Source: an uncultured Ruminococcus sp. (GTDB lineage Bacteria; Bacillota; Clostridia; Oscillospirales; Ruminococcaceae). Taken from it: a stretch of 35,021 nucleotides of DNA. The notes under the pieces were generated by a model, which searched no databases, had not been told where the DNA came from, and was given only the letters and a program-made list of their open reading frames with translations. Position 1 is the first letter of the stretch. Each line of letters opens with the position of its first letter. Shown here piece by piece: positions 17,828-27,963 of the stretch. Position numbers and translations under genes: made by a program. The stretch covers positions 1 to 35,021 of the forward strand of contig CAMNAY010000001.1 of the NCBI GenBank assembly GCA_946531975.1, written 5' to 3'.

Positions 17828-18131
17828 TTGTGTAATCCTCCGTATGCTTTACAGTAATCATCAGATGAATGAAATCAGCATATAACTATACAGCTTATAG
17901 TATACAATATTTTGCGGCTTAGAATATGAACAAATTGTGAACAGGAGATGAAGATGCGCGGAAACTTTCCTTCGCGCCTGCCCGCAGCACCCGAAGCCGC
18001 AGACCGCGCTGTCCTGCTCCTGAAAGATGATGCTGTGCCGGAATGCAGATCATTTCCTGTCAAGTTTACTGTCTGTGATTTCGCAATTTTTGTACACATC
18101 TCCGAATTCTGTGAAAAGATGAAGAAAACCC

Positions 18132-18159
18132 TTGATTTTTTTCCGAAACATGGTACAAT
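18132..18159 (+). promoter_or_regulatory. groESL sigma-A promoter
   Basis: TTGATT (18132-18137), 16-nt spacer, TGgTACAAT extended -10 (TACAAT at 18154-18159). Confidence 0.65.
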
Positions 18160-18163
18160 AGAT

Positions 18164-18551
<388 letters not shown>

Positions 18552-18577
18552 TGAGATCTTCGGCAATCACTTTCTGA

Positions 18578-20218
<1,641 letters not shown>

Positions 20219-20241
20219 TCCGCTGAACAACCGTATCAAAC

Positions 20242-20272
20242 GAAAGCACCCGCAGAGAACGCGGGTGCTTTC
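20242..20272 (+). terminator. Hairpin terminator after groEL
   Basis: gaaagcacccgc (20242-20253) pairs with gcgggtgctttc (20261-20272). The U-run is short. Confidence 0.55.
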
Positions 20273-20332
20273 GGTATATCGAGAAATCGGACAGCCTGAA
20301 TTGTAATCAGCCAAAAAGAAAGAGGTGACAGT

Positions 20333-21799
20333 TTGGTCATTCACACATACGGACACAGCCGCACCTACGAAATGGAGGCGCTGCTGAAGCTGTTTCGTCC
20401 GGCAGAAAAATTTGCATTCTCGGAGGCGGAGACCGTTCCGGCGGAGGACGAATATCTCTCCGCATCACTGACGCCGGAGAAAGACGGCACGCTGCTTCTG
20501 ACCGGCTCCGTCCGCATCGGCGGCGAAACGCGCAGTCATACAAAAACACTGCCGGAACAGGTGCGGAACAATGATCTTGACCGCGAAATCTCAGGCTTGC
20601 TGTATCCGCTGCTCTGTGCGCTGACGGATCTGCATCCGGCATGGGGCATGCTGACGGGCATCCGTCCGGTGAATCTGCTGCGGAAATTTGCAGCACGCAC
20701 CGGCAGTGTCAGACAGGCAATGGACGACTTCCGGAATATCTGGCATGTCACCGACGAAAAAACAAAACTCGCCGCTGAAATCCTTTCGGTACAGACGCCG
20801 ATTCTTCAGGCAGCGCCGAAAAACAGCGTCAGCATTTATCTCTCGGTGCCGTTCTGCCCGACGCGCTGCAAATACTGCTCGTTCGTCAGCAATTCTGTCT
20901 CGCAGATGAAAAAGCTCATCCCCGATTATTACAAGTGCATCGCCGCGGAGATCGGGCTGGTCGGACGGCTGACGGAGGAATACGGGCTGCCGGTTGATAC
21001 GGTTTACATCGGCGGCGGCACACCGACCTCGATCGACCTGTATCAGCCGCTGGACTGGCTCTGCACGAATTTCGTGATCGGTCAGCCGGTGCGGGAATTC
21101 ACCGTAGAGGCGGGCAGACCCGATACGATCACGCGGGAGAATCTCTCATATCTGCGGCAGTTCGGCGTCACGCGCATCTCCGTGAACCCGCAGAGCTTTC
21201 AGGATGATGTGCTGAAAGCGGCGGGGCGTCCGCACACCGCGCAGGATGCGGAGGACAAGTTCCTGCTGGCACGGGAAATGGGCTTTGACAACATCAATAT
21301 GGATTTTATTGCGGGACTCCCCTGCGACACCGTGCGGGGCTTCCGCGAGAGCATTGACCGCGCACTGAGGCTGGATCCTGAGAGCATCACGGTGCATTGC
21401 CTTGCGCTGAAAAAGGCGGCGGATTTCTATCAGAGCCTGCCGATGCCGGAGCCGGAGACAGTCAGCGAAATGGTCGAATATGCCGAGAAAACGCTGACTG
21501 CTGCGGGATACCGCCCGTATTATCTCTACCGGCAGAAGAATATGGCGGCGAACCTCGAAAATGTCGGCTATGCAAAGCCGGGATTTGAGAGCGCGTACAA
21601 TGTGATGATGATGGATGACTCGCAGACGATCCTCGGCATCGGCGCGGGCGCTTCGACAAAGGTCATCGGCGGGCAGCGCGGCATTGAACGGCTGACAGAA
21701 TGCAAGTATCCGTATGATTATCTTGCGCGGTTTGATGAACTGATGCAGCAGAAGGAAGCGCAGCTCCGGGCACTGCTGAGCAGCAATCCGTCAGAATAA
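20333..21799 (+). CDS. hemZ: HemN/HemZ-family radical SAM protein (coproporphyrinogen dehydrogenase-like)
   Basis: CxxxCxxC motif in YLSVPFCPTRCKYCSF, preceded by the ~170-aa N-terminal extension typical of HemZ. TTG start at 20333 with a GAAAGAGGTGA RBS. Confidence 0.8.
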   Translation: MVIHTYGHSRTYEMEALLKLFRPAEKFAFSEAETVPAEDEYLSASLTPEKDGTLLLTGSVRIGGETRSHTKTLPEQVRNNDLDREISGLLYPLLCALTDLHPAWGMLTGIRPVNLLRKFAARTGSVRQAMDDFRNIWHVTDEKTKLAAEILSVQTPILQAAPKNSVSIYLSVPFCPTRCKYCSFVSNSVSQMKKLIPDYYKCIAAEIGLVGRLTEEYGLPVDTVYIGGGTPTSIDLYQPLDWLCTNFVIGQPVREFTVEAGRPDTITRENLSYLRQFGVTRISVNPQSFQDDVLKAAGRPHTAQDAEDKFLLAREMGFDNINMDFIAGLPCDTVRGFRESIDRALRLDPESITVHCLALKKAADFYQSLPMPEPETVSEMVEYAEKTLTAAGYRPYYLYRQKNMAANLENVGYAKPGFESAYNVMMMDDSQTILGIGAGASTKVIGGQRGIERLTECKYPYDYLARFDELMQQKEAQLRALLSSNPSE

Positions 21800-21858
21800 G
21801 CACCGCCGGCAAAGCTGACGCATAAAATGAGAATATCCGTCGGCTTTTCGGCAGACTG

Positions 21859-21898
21859 AAACCCCGTCCGCAGGCATTGCGCCGCGAACGGGGTTTTT
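21859..21898. terminator. Shared terminator between convergent hemZ and the protease gene
   Basis: aaaccccgt (21859-21867) pairs with acggggttt (21888-21896), followed by TT. The T-run is on the plus strand and an AAA run lies on the other side. Confidence 0.7.
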
Positions 21899-21902
21899 GT
21901 GA

Positions 21903-23504
21903 TTATGATTTTTCCGAAATGGTGACAGTGCAGATGCCGTCCCGGATGCTGTCCACATGGATGATGATGTTCGGGTCGATCGACCGGTAGCCGCTGGTAT
22001 CATACCACGCGAATTCCGGATACTGTTCAAAGCTGACCGACTTTCCCGCCGTCACGTAATCCTGATTCTCCATCGCCGTGCGGATGACCCGCTGCCGCTG
22101 GTTGCTCGAATCGTACATCATGCCGTAGTTGTTCCACTTCAGCTCCTTGCCCCAGTAGCCGTTCCATAGCTCCGCATCACAGTGCAGCACGCGCACACCG
22201 GGCTTCTGGAACAGCGGATACCGGGACCCGCCGGAGAAGAATCCGGCATTGTTCCTGTCTGCGGTATTGTACTCAATGAGGAAGAACTCGGAATAGAGAT
22301 TGCTCATCGCATCCGAGGGATTCTGCACGGCAGTCCGCGGAATCAGAATACAGCCCGGTGCATGCTGACTGGACTGCAAAGTAAAGGTCTGCGTTCCGTG
22401 TGTATAGACCTGCACTTCATCTTCGCGGTACCAGCCGAGCATCAGCTTCGAGAAGGCACTCAGGTCGCCGTAGGCATCATCCATGAGATCCCAGCCCGTC
22501 GAGCCGTTCATGCCGTAGTACCCCTCATCGCCGTTCAGTTCATATTTATAGTAATCCGGCAGTCCCATGGCATGCCCCAGCTCATGCGCCCATGTGCTGG
22601 TAAAGCCTGCGCGGTCATTGAGATCCCATGCGCCGATGATATTGTTTCCGGGTTTCATGCCGTCAAAGATTCTTCTGCCGAAGTAGCCGTTGGAGGAGGG
22701 CCACCAGTCTTCGGTGCCGTCATTGTTGTGATCGCGTCCGGCAGCAGCTTTCGGCAGCGCGAGGATCATCGTGTCGATTCTGCCGTCCGCATCGGCATCA
22801 TACCGGCTGTAATCCAGCTCCTGATCCATCGTCTCAAGCACGGCATCAACGAGCATTTCGCGGTCCCCGATGTAATTGTCGATTTCATTGCTGAGGTTGC
22901 AGATATAGACATCGCCGTCGAGATGCAGCCGTCCGTAGGAAGCGCGTTCATAGTACGCGTTGATGCTCTCCATCGGATAGCTTCTTTCATTGGGATTCTC
23001 CGGACCGAACGTCATCTCATAGATGCGGTCCGCAGAATAGCCGTCCTGAATCTGACAGTCGGAGAACCCGACCGCAAACATCAGAACCCGCGCCGTTCCG
23101 GCGGAGGGCAGTGAGGGATTCAGCACCGCAATCGGCGGATCCATAAGCGGCGGATCCGAAACCTCGATCTCCTGATAGACAATCTCCGGCTGCGCATCGG
23201 TCAGAATGAGCCGCTTGAGCAGGGTGAAATCTGCCGCATTGACCGTTCCGCTGTGGTCGATGTCGGCGTATTTCGGATCTGTCTCCCCGAACGCCGGAAG
23301 ATCTCCGTTCAGGAATGCCTGCATCAGCCGCACGTCCGGCAGGTCAATTTTCTGATCGCCGTTGAGATCGCCGTAGATCCCGGCGACAACCGTTTCCGTT
23401 GCCGCTGCCGCACGGACAGCCGGCAGAACAGAGACGCCGGCAGCAGCCGCAGTCAGTGCAGTCAGCAGCCGGACTGTATATCGTTTCAAAGCATGTCTTT
23501 TCAT
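21903..23504 (-). CDS. Secreted M6 (InhA-like) metalloprotease-domain protein with N-terminal type-I dockerin
   Basis: Signal peptide MKRHALKRYTVRLLTALTAAAAGVSVLPAVRAAAA. Dockerin duplicated Ca-loops GDLNGDQKIDLPDVRLMQAFL and DIDHSGTVNAADFTLLKRLIL. Zinc motif HELGHAMGLPDYY. I chose the ATG at 23504, with an AGAGGGGG RBS. Confidence 0.8.
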   Translation of the reverse strand: MKRHALKRYTVRLLTALTAAAAGVSVLPAVRAAAATETVVAGIYGDLNGDQKIDLPDVRLMQAFLNGDLPAFGETDPKYADIDHSGTVNAADFTLLKRLILTDAQPEIVYQEIEVSDPPLMDPPIAVLNPSLPSAGTARVLMFAVGFSDCQIQDGYSADRIYEMTFGPENPNERSYPMESINAYYERASYGRLHLDGDVYICNLSNEIDNYIGDREMLVDAVLETMDQELDYSRYDADADGRIDTMILALPKAAAGRDHNNDGTEDWWPSSNGYFGRRIFDGMKPGNNIIGAWDLNDRAGFTSTWAHELGHAMGLPDYYKYELNGDEGYYGMNGSTGWDLMDDAYGDLSAFSKLMLGWYREDEVQVYTHGTQTFTLQSSQHAPGCILIPRTAVQNPSDAMSNLYSEFFLIEYNTADRNNAGFFSGGSRYPLFQKPGVRVLHCDAELWNGYWGKELKWNNYGMMYDSSNQRQRVIRTAMENQDYVTAGKSVSFEQYPEFAWYDTSGYRSIDPNIIIHVDSIRDGICTVTISEKS

Positions 23505-23543
23505 ATCGTACCCCCTCTTTCTTTTCGGGATTCCCCAATTTGC

Positions 23544-23572
23544 ATTATAACAAAAATACAGAAGGATGTCAA
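23544..23572 (-). promoter_or_regulatory. Perfect-consensus sigma-A promoter for the dockerin protease gene
   Basis: On the minus strand: TTGACA (23572-23567), 17-nt spacer, TATAAT (23549-23544). Confidence 0.65.
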
Positions 23573-23703
23573 CCGCAAAGAGAATTCTGATCAATTTTCC
23601 GCACAAAATGACAGTCAGCACACCGCTTTGCACAGTCCGGCGCCCCATTTCCCCGCAGCAGTGCCCGCGCAGAAAGATATTTGCCCCTTTTTTATTTTCC
23701 TGC

Positions 23704-23732
23704 TTGCATTTTTCGCGTGATTCTGTTATAAT
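23704..23732 (+). promoter_or_regulatory. Sigma-A promoter for the hypothetical-trmO-dtxR-like-mreCD gene string
   Basis: TTGCAT (23704-23709), 17-nt spacer, TATAAT (23727-23732). A 7-bp hairpin ctgcgga/tccgcag sits in the leader. Confidence 0.6.
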
Positions 23733-23794
23733 AGATATGATACACTGCGGAAGGTATGTCCGCAGGAGTCTGAACGAAAAAAGGAGTACGGATT

Positions 23795-24853
23795 ATGGAC
23801 GATCAGCGCAGTCTGGAGGAGCAGCTGCTCGGCGATATGACCTATGACGATCCCCGCAAAGCAGCACAGCCCGCAGCAGGCGGCATTGACCCGCGTCTCG
23901 CGGGTGCATCCGCCGTTACACTGGATGATATGACAACCAGCGCACCCGCTGCCCCCAAGCCGCAGATGCGTTTTCAGGAGCTGACAGACGATCAGGTCGC
24001 AATTTTACAGCAGCAGCGCGCCGCAAAAGGACAGCCGCCCTACACCCCCGATGAGATCGCGGAGCTGAAGGCAGAGTTCATCGAGCGCCAGCGCACCGCC
24101 GCCATGCAGCAGGCAATGGCAGAGCAGGCAGCCGCACAGCAGCAGGCAGCCGCCATGCTGCTCAGCGAGCCGGAGGATTATTCGCAGCCTGAGAAAAAGG
24201 AAGCCCCGAAGATCCTCCCTGAGGTCGATGCCAGCTCACTGCTGGAGGAACCCGCACCGGAGCCTGAGCGCAAGGTCGTGTTCAATCAGGAGGACCTCGA
24301 AGCCGCAAAAAAGCAGGCTGCCAAGCGCGCCTCCGAAGCACTGACAGAAGCCCCCGCCAAGACCGAGGAGGATCAGAAGCGCGCCAGACAGGAGCTTCAG
24401 CAGCTCCGTGCGCAGCAGCTCGCCGACCTCGCACAGAAGGGCTTTATGGTCTCCGTGATCTCTACAATCATGGGCGTGTTCGCCGGCGTCGCAACGATCC
24501 TGTTCTCGATGGGCAGCTATGCAGAGCCGGATTCCGTTCCGGGCATTTTCCATTTCTTCGATAAATTCTATCTGATCGCCGGCGCACTGCTGATCCTGCT
24601 GTCGATCACGATTGTAACCCGCGTCAAGAAGCTGAAGGGCTTTACAACCTTCATGTTCGTCATTACCGCGCTGACCGTGTTCATTCCGGGCATCGTCGAG
24701 CTGCTCTCGCAGAAGCGGGGCGCTCCGGGCTTCGGTGCGACCGCCGCAGGCTATGTACTGTCAATCGTTCTGTGTATCGCCGTGACCGTCAACATCTCGT
24801 CCAGTGATAAGCTCAGCGCCTACTACGCACAAAGCGACATTATGTATGACTGA
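23795..24853 (+). CDS. Hypothetical membrane protein (Q/A/E-rich disordered N-half, ~4 TM C-half)
   Basis: 352 aa with an AAAGGAG RBS 8 nt upstream. Coil-like AMQQAMAEQAAAQQQAAAML and QELQQLRAQQLADLAQ, then hydrophobic helices. I recognise no family. Confidence 0.7.
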   Translation: MDDQRSLEEQLLGDMTYDDPRKAAQPAAGGIDPRLAGASAVTLDDMTTSAPAAPKPQMRFQELTDDQVAILQQQRAAKGQPPYTPDEIAELKAEFIERQRTAAMQQAMAEQAAAQQQAAAMLLSEPEDYSQPEKKEAPKILPEVDASSLLEEPAPEPERKVVFNQEDLEAAKKQAAKRASEALTEAPAKTEEDQKRARQELQQLRAQQLADLAQKGFMVSVISTIMGVFAGVATILFSMGSYAEPDSVPGIFHFFDKFYLIAGALLILLSITIVTRVKKLKGFTTFMFVITALTVFIPGIVELLSQKRGAPGFGATAAGYVLSIVLCIAVTVNISSSDKLSAYYAQSDIMYD

Positions 24854-25601
24854 CCGCACGGAGCAGCATTCCCTGCGCATCGAACCGATCGCGTATATCC
24901 GCACGGATTTCGCTGAAAAATTCGGGCTTCCGCGGCAGAGCGGACTGGTGCCGGAGCTGACCGGCGAGATCGTGTTCACAGGCGCATACAGTCAGCCGGA
25001 CGCCGTGCGCGGACTGTCTGATTTTTCGCATCTCTGGCTGATCTTCGGCTTTCATGCCGCAACAAAGCACAGCAAAGCCGGCTGGTCGGCAACGGTCCGT
25101 CCGCCGCGGCTCGGCGGCAATACGCGGGTCGGTGTGTTTGCATCCCGTGCGCCGTACCGCCCGAATCCGCTGGGACTGTCCTGTGTCCGGCTTGAGGCAG
25201 TGTATGCGTCAGAACAGCCCGTGCGCCTTCTGGTGTCGGGCATCGACCTCATGGACGGCACCCCGATCTACGATATCAAGCCCTATATTCCGGTTGCAGA
25301 CTGTCATCCGGAAGCCTCCGAGGGCTATACCGCACAGACCCGTACCCACCGCCTGACGGTGCAGTTTCCCGCAGCGCTGCTGGAGCAGATCCCCGAAGAA
25401 AAACGTGCCGCAGCACAGGGCTTACTCGCGCAGGACATCCGTCCGGGCTACGCAGATGACCCCTCGCGGGTCTACGGCGCTGTGTTTGCCGGCTATGACA
25501 TCCGGTTTACAGTCAGCGGCGAGGTTCTCACCGTCACCGATGTGATCCCGCCGGAAGCAACCCCCAGAAAGGAGCATCCTCAAAATGGCGAAACTCTATA
25601 A
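24846..25601 (+). CDS. trmO: tRNA (m6t6A37) methyltransferase TrmO / TsaA-family protein
   Basis: LRIEPIAYIRTDFAEKFGLPRQSGLV, RPNPLGLSCVRLE, GIDLMDGTPIYDIKPYIP. The ATG at 24846 overlaps the upstream stop by 8 nt. Confidence 0.88.
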   Translation: MTDRTEQHSLRIEPIAYIRTDFAEKFGLPRQSGLVPELTGEIVFTGAYSQPDAVRGLSDFSHLWLIFGFHAATKHSKAGWSATVRPPRLGGNTRVGVFASRAPYRPNPLGLSCVRLEAVYASEQPVRLLVSGIDLMDGTPIYDIKPYIPVADCHPEASEGYTAQTRTHRLTVQFPAALLEQIPEEKRAAAQGLLAQDIRPGYADDPSRVYGAVFAGYDIRFTVSGEVLTVTDVIPPEATPRKEHPQNGETL

Positions 25602-25974
25602 ATCCGGAGAAGATTATCTTGAAACAATCCTGATCCTGCACCTGCGTGATAATTACGTCAGAGCCGTCGATGTCGCACATGAAATGGAAGTCTCCAAGCC
25701 GAGCGTCAGCCGTGCAATGGGTATCCTGCGGGACGGCGGATTCATCTCGATCGGCGACGACGGCAATATCACGCTGACCGAGACCGGCGCAGAGGTTGCC
25801 GAGCGCATCTACGAGCGTCATCTGGTGCTGACACAGTGGCTGATCGACCTGGGCGTGTCTCCGAAGATCGCCGCAGAAGATGCCTGCAAGCTGGAACACG
25901 ATATCAGCGTGGAGTCCTTCACCTGCCTGAAGGCGCATCTCCGCAAGGAGCACCCGAATATCCACCTCGACTGA
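25585..25974 (+). CDS. DtxR/MntR-family metal-dependent transcriptional repressor (no SH3-like domain)
   Basis: SGEDYLETILIL, HTH VRAVDVAHEMEVSKPSVSRAMGILRDGGFI, dimerisation region YERHLVLTQWL. Overlaps the trmO end by 17 nt. Confidence 0.87.
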   Translation: MAKLYKSGEDYLETILILHLRDNYVRAVDVAHEMEVSKPSVSRAMGILRDGGFISIGDDGNITLTETGAEVAERIYERHLVLTQWLIDLGVSPKIAAEDACKLEHDISVESFTCLKAHLRKEHPNIHLD

Positions 25975-26059
25975 CAGCGCCTCCCGGACCGGCTGTCCGC
26001 ATACAGAAAAAGAAAGAACTTCAACAAAAGAAACGTGAACAAAAAAGGAGCGCAACCCC

Positions 26060-26926
26060 ATGAATCTCAATGCGTTTTTCCGCAGCACCAAATTCCGTGT
26101 GCTGCTCTGTGTGCTTGCCCTGCTGACCGGCATTATGCTCTATTCGATCCGCTCCGGCTCGCATACCGACCGCCTGTCGCAGGTGCTTCAGGCAGTCACA
26201 AGCCCCTTCCGGCGTGCAGCCTCCGCCATTCACGGCGAGGTCAATGAGCGTCTGGATACTTACTATGAAGCCAAAGCGTACCGCGAGGAGAATGCCAGAC
26301 TGCGCGAGCAGAATGCGATTCTCAACCAGCAGCTCATCGGCTATGACGATGCGATCCACGAGCGCGACGCTCTGCGCGATCAGCTCGCGATCAAGGAGAA
26401 GCACGAGGATTTTGTGCTGAGCGAGCCGTGCAAGGTGCTGATGCCGCTGACGAATGACCTGACAGGCGGCTTCCAGATCGACATGGGCGAGGAGGACGGA
26501 CTGACCCTGAATGCGCCGGTCATCTGCTCTGCCGGACTGGTCGGCGTCATCACGGAGCTTTCGCCGCATTACGCAACTGTCACAACCATTCTTTCGCCGG
26601 AGCTTTCCGTCGGTGCCGTGGTGCTGGAGACAGGAGACAGCGGCATCATTGAAGGCGACCTGAAATACGCCGCGGACGGACAGGTCAAGATGATCTATCT
26701 GGACGAGGACAGCACCGTCAAACCGCATGACCTTGTCATCACTGCCGGAACGAGCGGCTTGTTCCCGTACGGTCTCCCGATCGGCAATGTCACAGAGACC
26801 GGCATCGAAACGACCTCCCTTGCGCAGTATGCGGTCGTGCAGCCGACTGCCGCACTCTCTGAGCTGGACACCGTGACCGTCCTGCTGGATTTCAAAGGAA
26901 AGGGTGAGTCGGTCGGTGAAAAGTAA
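26060..26926 (+). CDS. mreC: Rod shape-determining protein MreC
   Basis: N-terminal TM, coiled coil YYEAKAYREENARLREQNAILNQQL, beta-barrel region GLVGVITELSPHYATVTTIL. Confidence 0.87.
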   Translation: MNLNAFFRSTKFRVLLCVLALLTGIMLYSIRSGSHTDRLSQVLQAVTSPFRRAASAIHGEVNERLDTYYEAKAYREENARLREQNAILNQQLIGYDDAIHERDALRDQLAIKEKHEDFVLSEPCKVLMPLTNDLTGGFQIDMGEEDGLTLNAPVICSAGLVGVITELSPHYATVTTILSPELSVGAVVLETGDSGIIEGDLKYAADGQVKMIYLDEDSTVKPHDLVITAGTSGLFPYGLPIGNVTETGIETTSLAQYAVVQPTAALSELDTVTVLLDFKGKGESVGEK

Positions 26927-27506
26927 GCATCAGAAGAAGAAACCGGCACGGCAGAGCCGCACGCGCTCAGAGCTGCGAACCCGCCGCAGAAATCTGATCC
27001 GCATGGCGATCAGCATGATCCTGCTGCTGCTCTGCTGGTTCCCGATGCTCGGCGGCGGCGTGCAGGCGCTCTGGACGATTCCGGCAGCAGTCTGCATCAG
27101 CATGAACGAGGAGATGTATTTCTGCATGGCAGCGGGTGTCGCGGCAGGCTTCGGCATTGACATTGCCTGCGGGAATCCGCTGGGCGCGAATGCGATTTTT
27201 CTGGTGATCTGCTGCACCTTCATCTGTCTGCTGTTTGAGCAGATTCTGCGGCGCAGCTTCCTGCATTATCTGATTCTGACCGCGCTGTGCGCCTTTCTGC
27301 GCAGCGGTCTTGTGTATCTGTTCAGCGGCGTATTATTCCGCACAGCAGGCAGAGAGATGCTCTGGCAGAAGATTCTGATGCCGTCGGCAGTGCGGACCGT
27401 TCTTGCAGCCGTTCCGGTTTATCTGTGTTATCTGCCGCTCTCGCGCATTCTGACGAAGCGTGTACGGTCGATGGACTCCGCCGCGATCCGGCGCGACCTG
27501 TCATAA
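26904..27506 (+). CDS. mreD: Probable MreD (polytopic membrane protein downstream of mreC)
   Basis: The call rests on position after mreC and on about 5 hydrophobic helices. The start is uncertain: GTG at 26904 gives a 33-aa basic N-tail, while ATG at 27003 gives 168 aa, a typical MreD length. Confidence 0.6.
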   Translation: MSRSVKSKHQKKKPARQSRTRSELRTRRRNLIRMAISMILLLLCWFPMLGGGVQALWTIPAAVCISMNEEMYFCMAAGVAAGFGIDIACGNPLGANAIFLVICCTFICLLFEQILRRSFLHYLILTALCAFLRSGLVYLFSGVLFRTAGREMLWQKILMPSAVRTVLAAVPVYLCYLPLSRILTKRVRSMDSAAIRRDLS

Positions 27507-27524
27507 AGGAGGGAGAAGGGGCAC

Positions 27525-27701
27525 ATGCAGATTCCGAACGATCCGTTTATTTTATTCAGCTATCTGAACACGCAGCTTCGCGATACCGGCATGACGCTGG
27601 AGAGATTCTGCGAGGAGCATGAACTGGACGCACAGGCATTGACAGAGAAGCTGGCAAAAGCAGGCTTCCGATATGACGAAGCCCAGCGCCGGTTCCGCTG
27701 A
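27525..27701 (+). CDS. DUF4250-family small protein (58 aa, below the ORF-track cutoff)
   Basis: Translation: MQIPNDPFILFSYLNTQLRDTGMTLERFCEEHELDAQALTEKLAKAGFRYDEAQRRFR. This matches my memory of the DUF4250 pattern (DPxxLxSxxNxKLRD ... LxxLC). An AAGGAGGGAGAAGGGG RBS precedes the ATG. Confidence 0.7.
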   Translation: MQIPNDPFILFSYLNTQLRDTGMTLERFCEEHELDAQALTEKLAKAGFRYDEAQRRFR

Positions 27702-27707
27702 TAACAG

Positions 27708-27732
27708 AAAAAAGCGGGCGGGCAGTGCCCGC
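27708..27732 (-). terminator. Minus-strand intrinsic terminator closing the comFC-downstream non-coding tract
   Basis: 6-bp GC stem 27714-27719 / 27727-27732 with a 7-nt loop. On the minus strand it is followed by UUUUUU (27713-27708). On the plus strand no T-run follows it. Confidence 0.7.
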
Positions 27733-27790
27733 GCAGGCATGACGCGAAAGGCGGCACAGTCGCGCTTCACCCAAGGAGCCCCGCGACTGC

Positions 27791-27858
27791 CGCAGGAGTG
27801 CGGCAGGGGGTAGCATCCTCACCCACGCCCGCTTAGAACTCTCACAAAAGTATCGCTC
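27791..27858 (-). repeat. Copy 2 of the ~70-nt intergenic module (partner at 308-376)
   Basis: cgcaggagtgcggcagggggtagcatcctcacccacgcccgcttagaact followed by ctcacaaaagtatcgctc. Its reverse complement aligns to 308-376. Confidence 0.7.
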
Positions 27859-27898
27859 CGCAGACGACAAAATTCCCTTTGCGTTCACAAGCGCGAAA

Positions 27899-27963
27899 GA
27901 TAAGGATTTGGGGGAAGGAAAACAAGAGTTTTCCTTCCCCCATTTCAAAATATTTTCCTTATC
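27899..27963. other. Composite stem-loop: perfect 14-bp stem nested in an 8-bp outer stem
   Basis: gggggaaggaaaac (27910-27923), loop aaga, gttttccttccccc (27928-27941). The outer stem is gataagga (27899-27906) with tccttatc (27956-27963). On the plus strand it is followed by cATTTcaaaatATTTT, so it may terminate the mreCD-DUF4250 transcript. Confidence 0.65.

Noticed and set aside
15332-17857. An 841-aa stop-free ORF on the plus strand. Similar long ORFs are at 3085-4872 (595 aa), 18605-20356 (583 aa, antisense to groEL), 32692-34239 (515 aa), 12379-13854 (491 aa), 8955-10121 and 6823-7917.
   Set aside because: Each lies exactly antisense to, or out of frame with, a CDS that has unmistakable family motifs. 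Their translations are Arg/Cys/His/Gly-rich with no domain signatures and no RBS. Long antisense open frames are expected in GC3-rich genomes.
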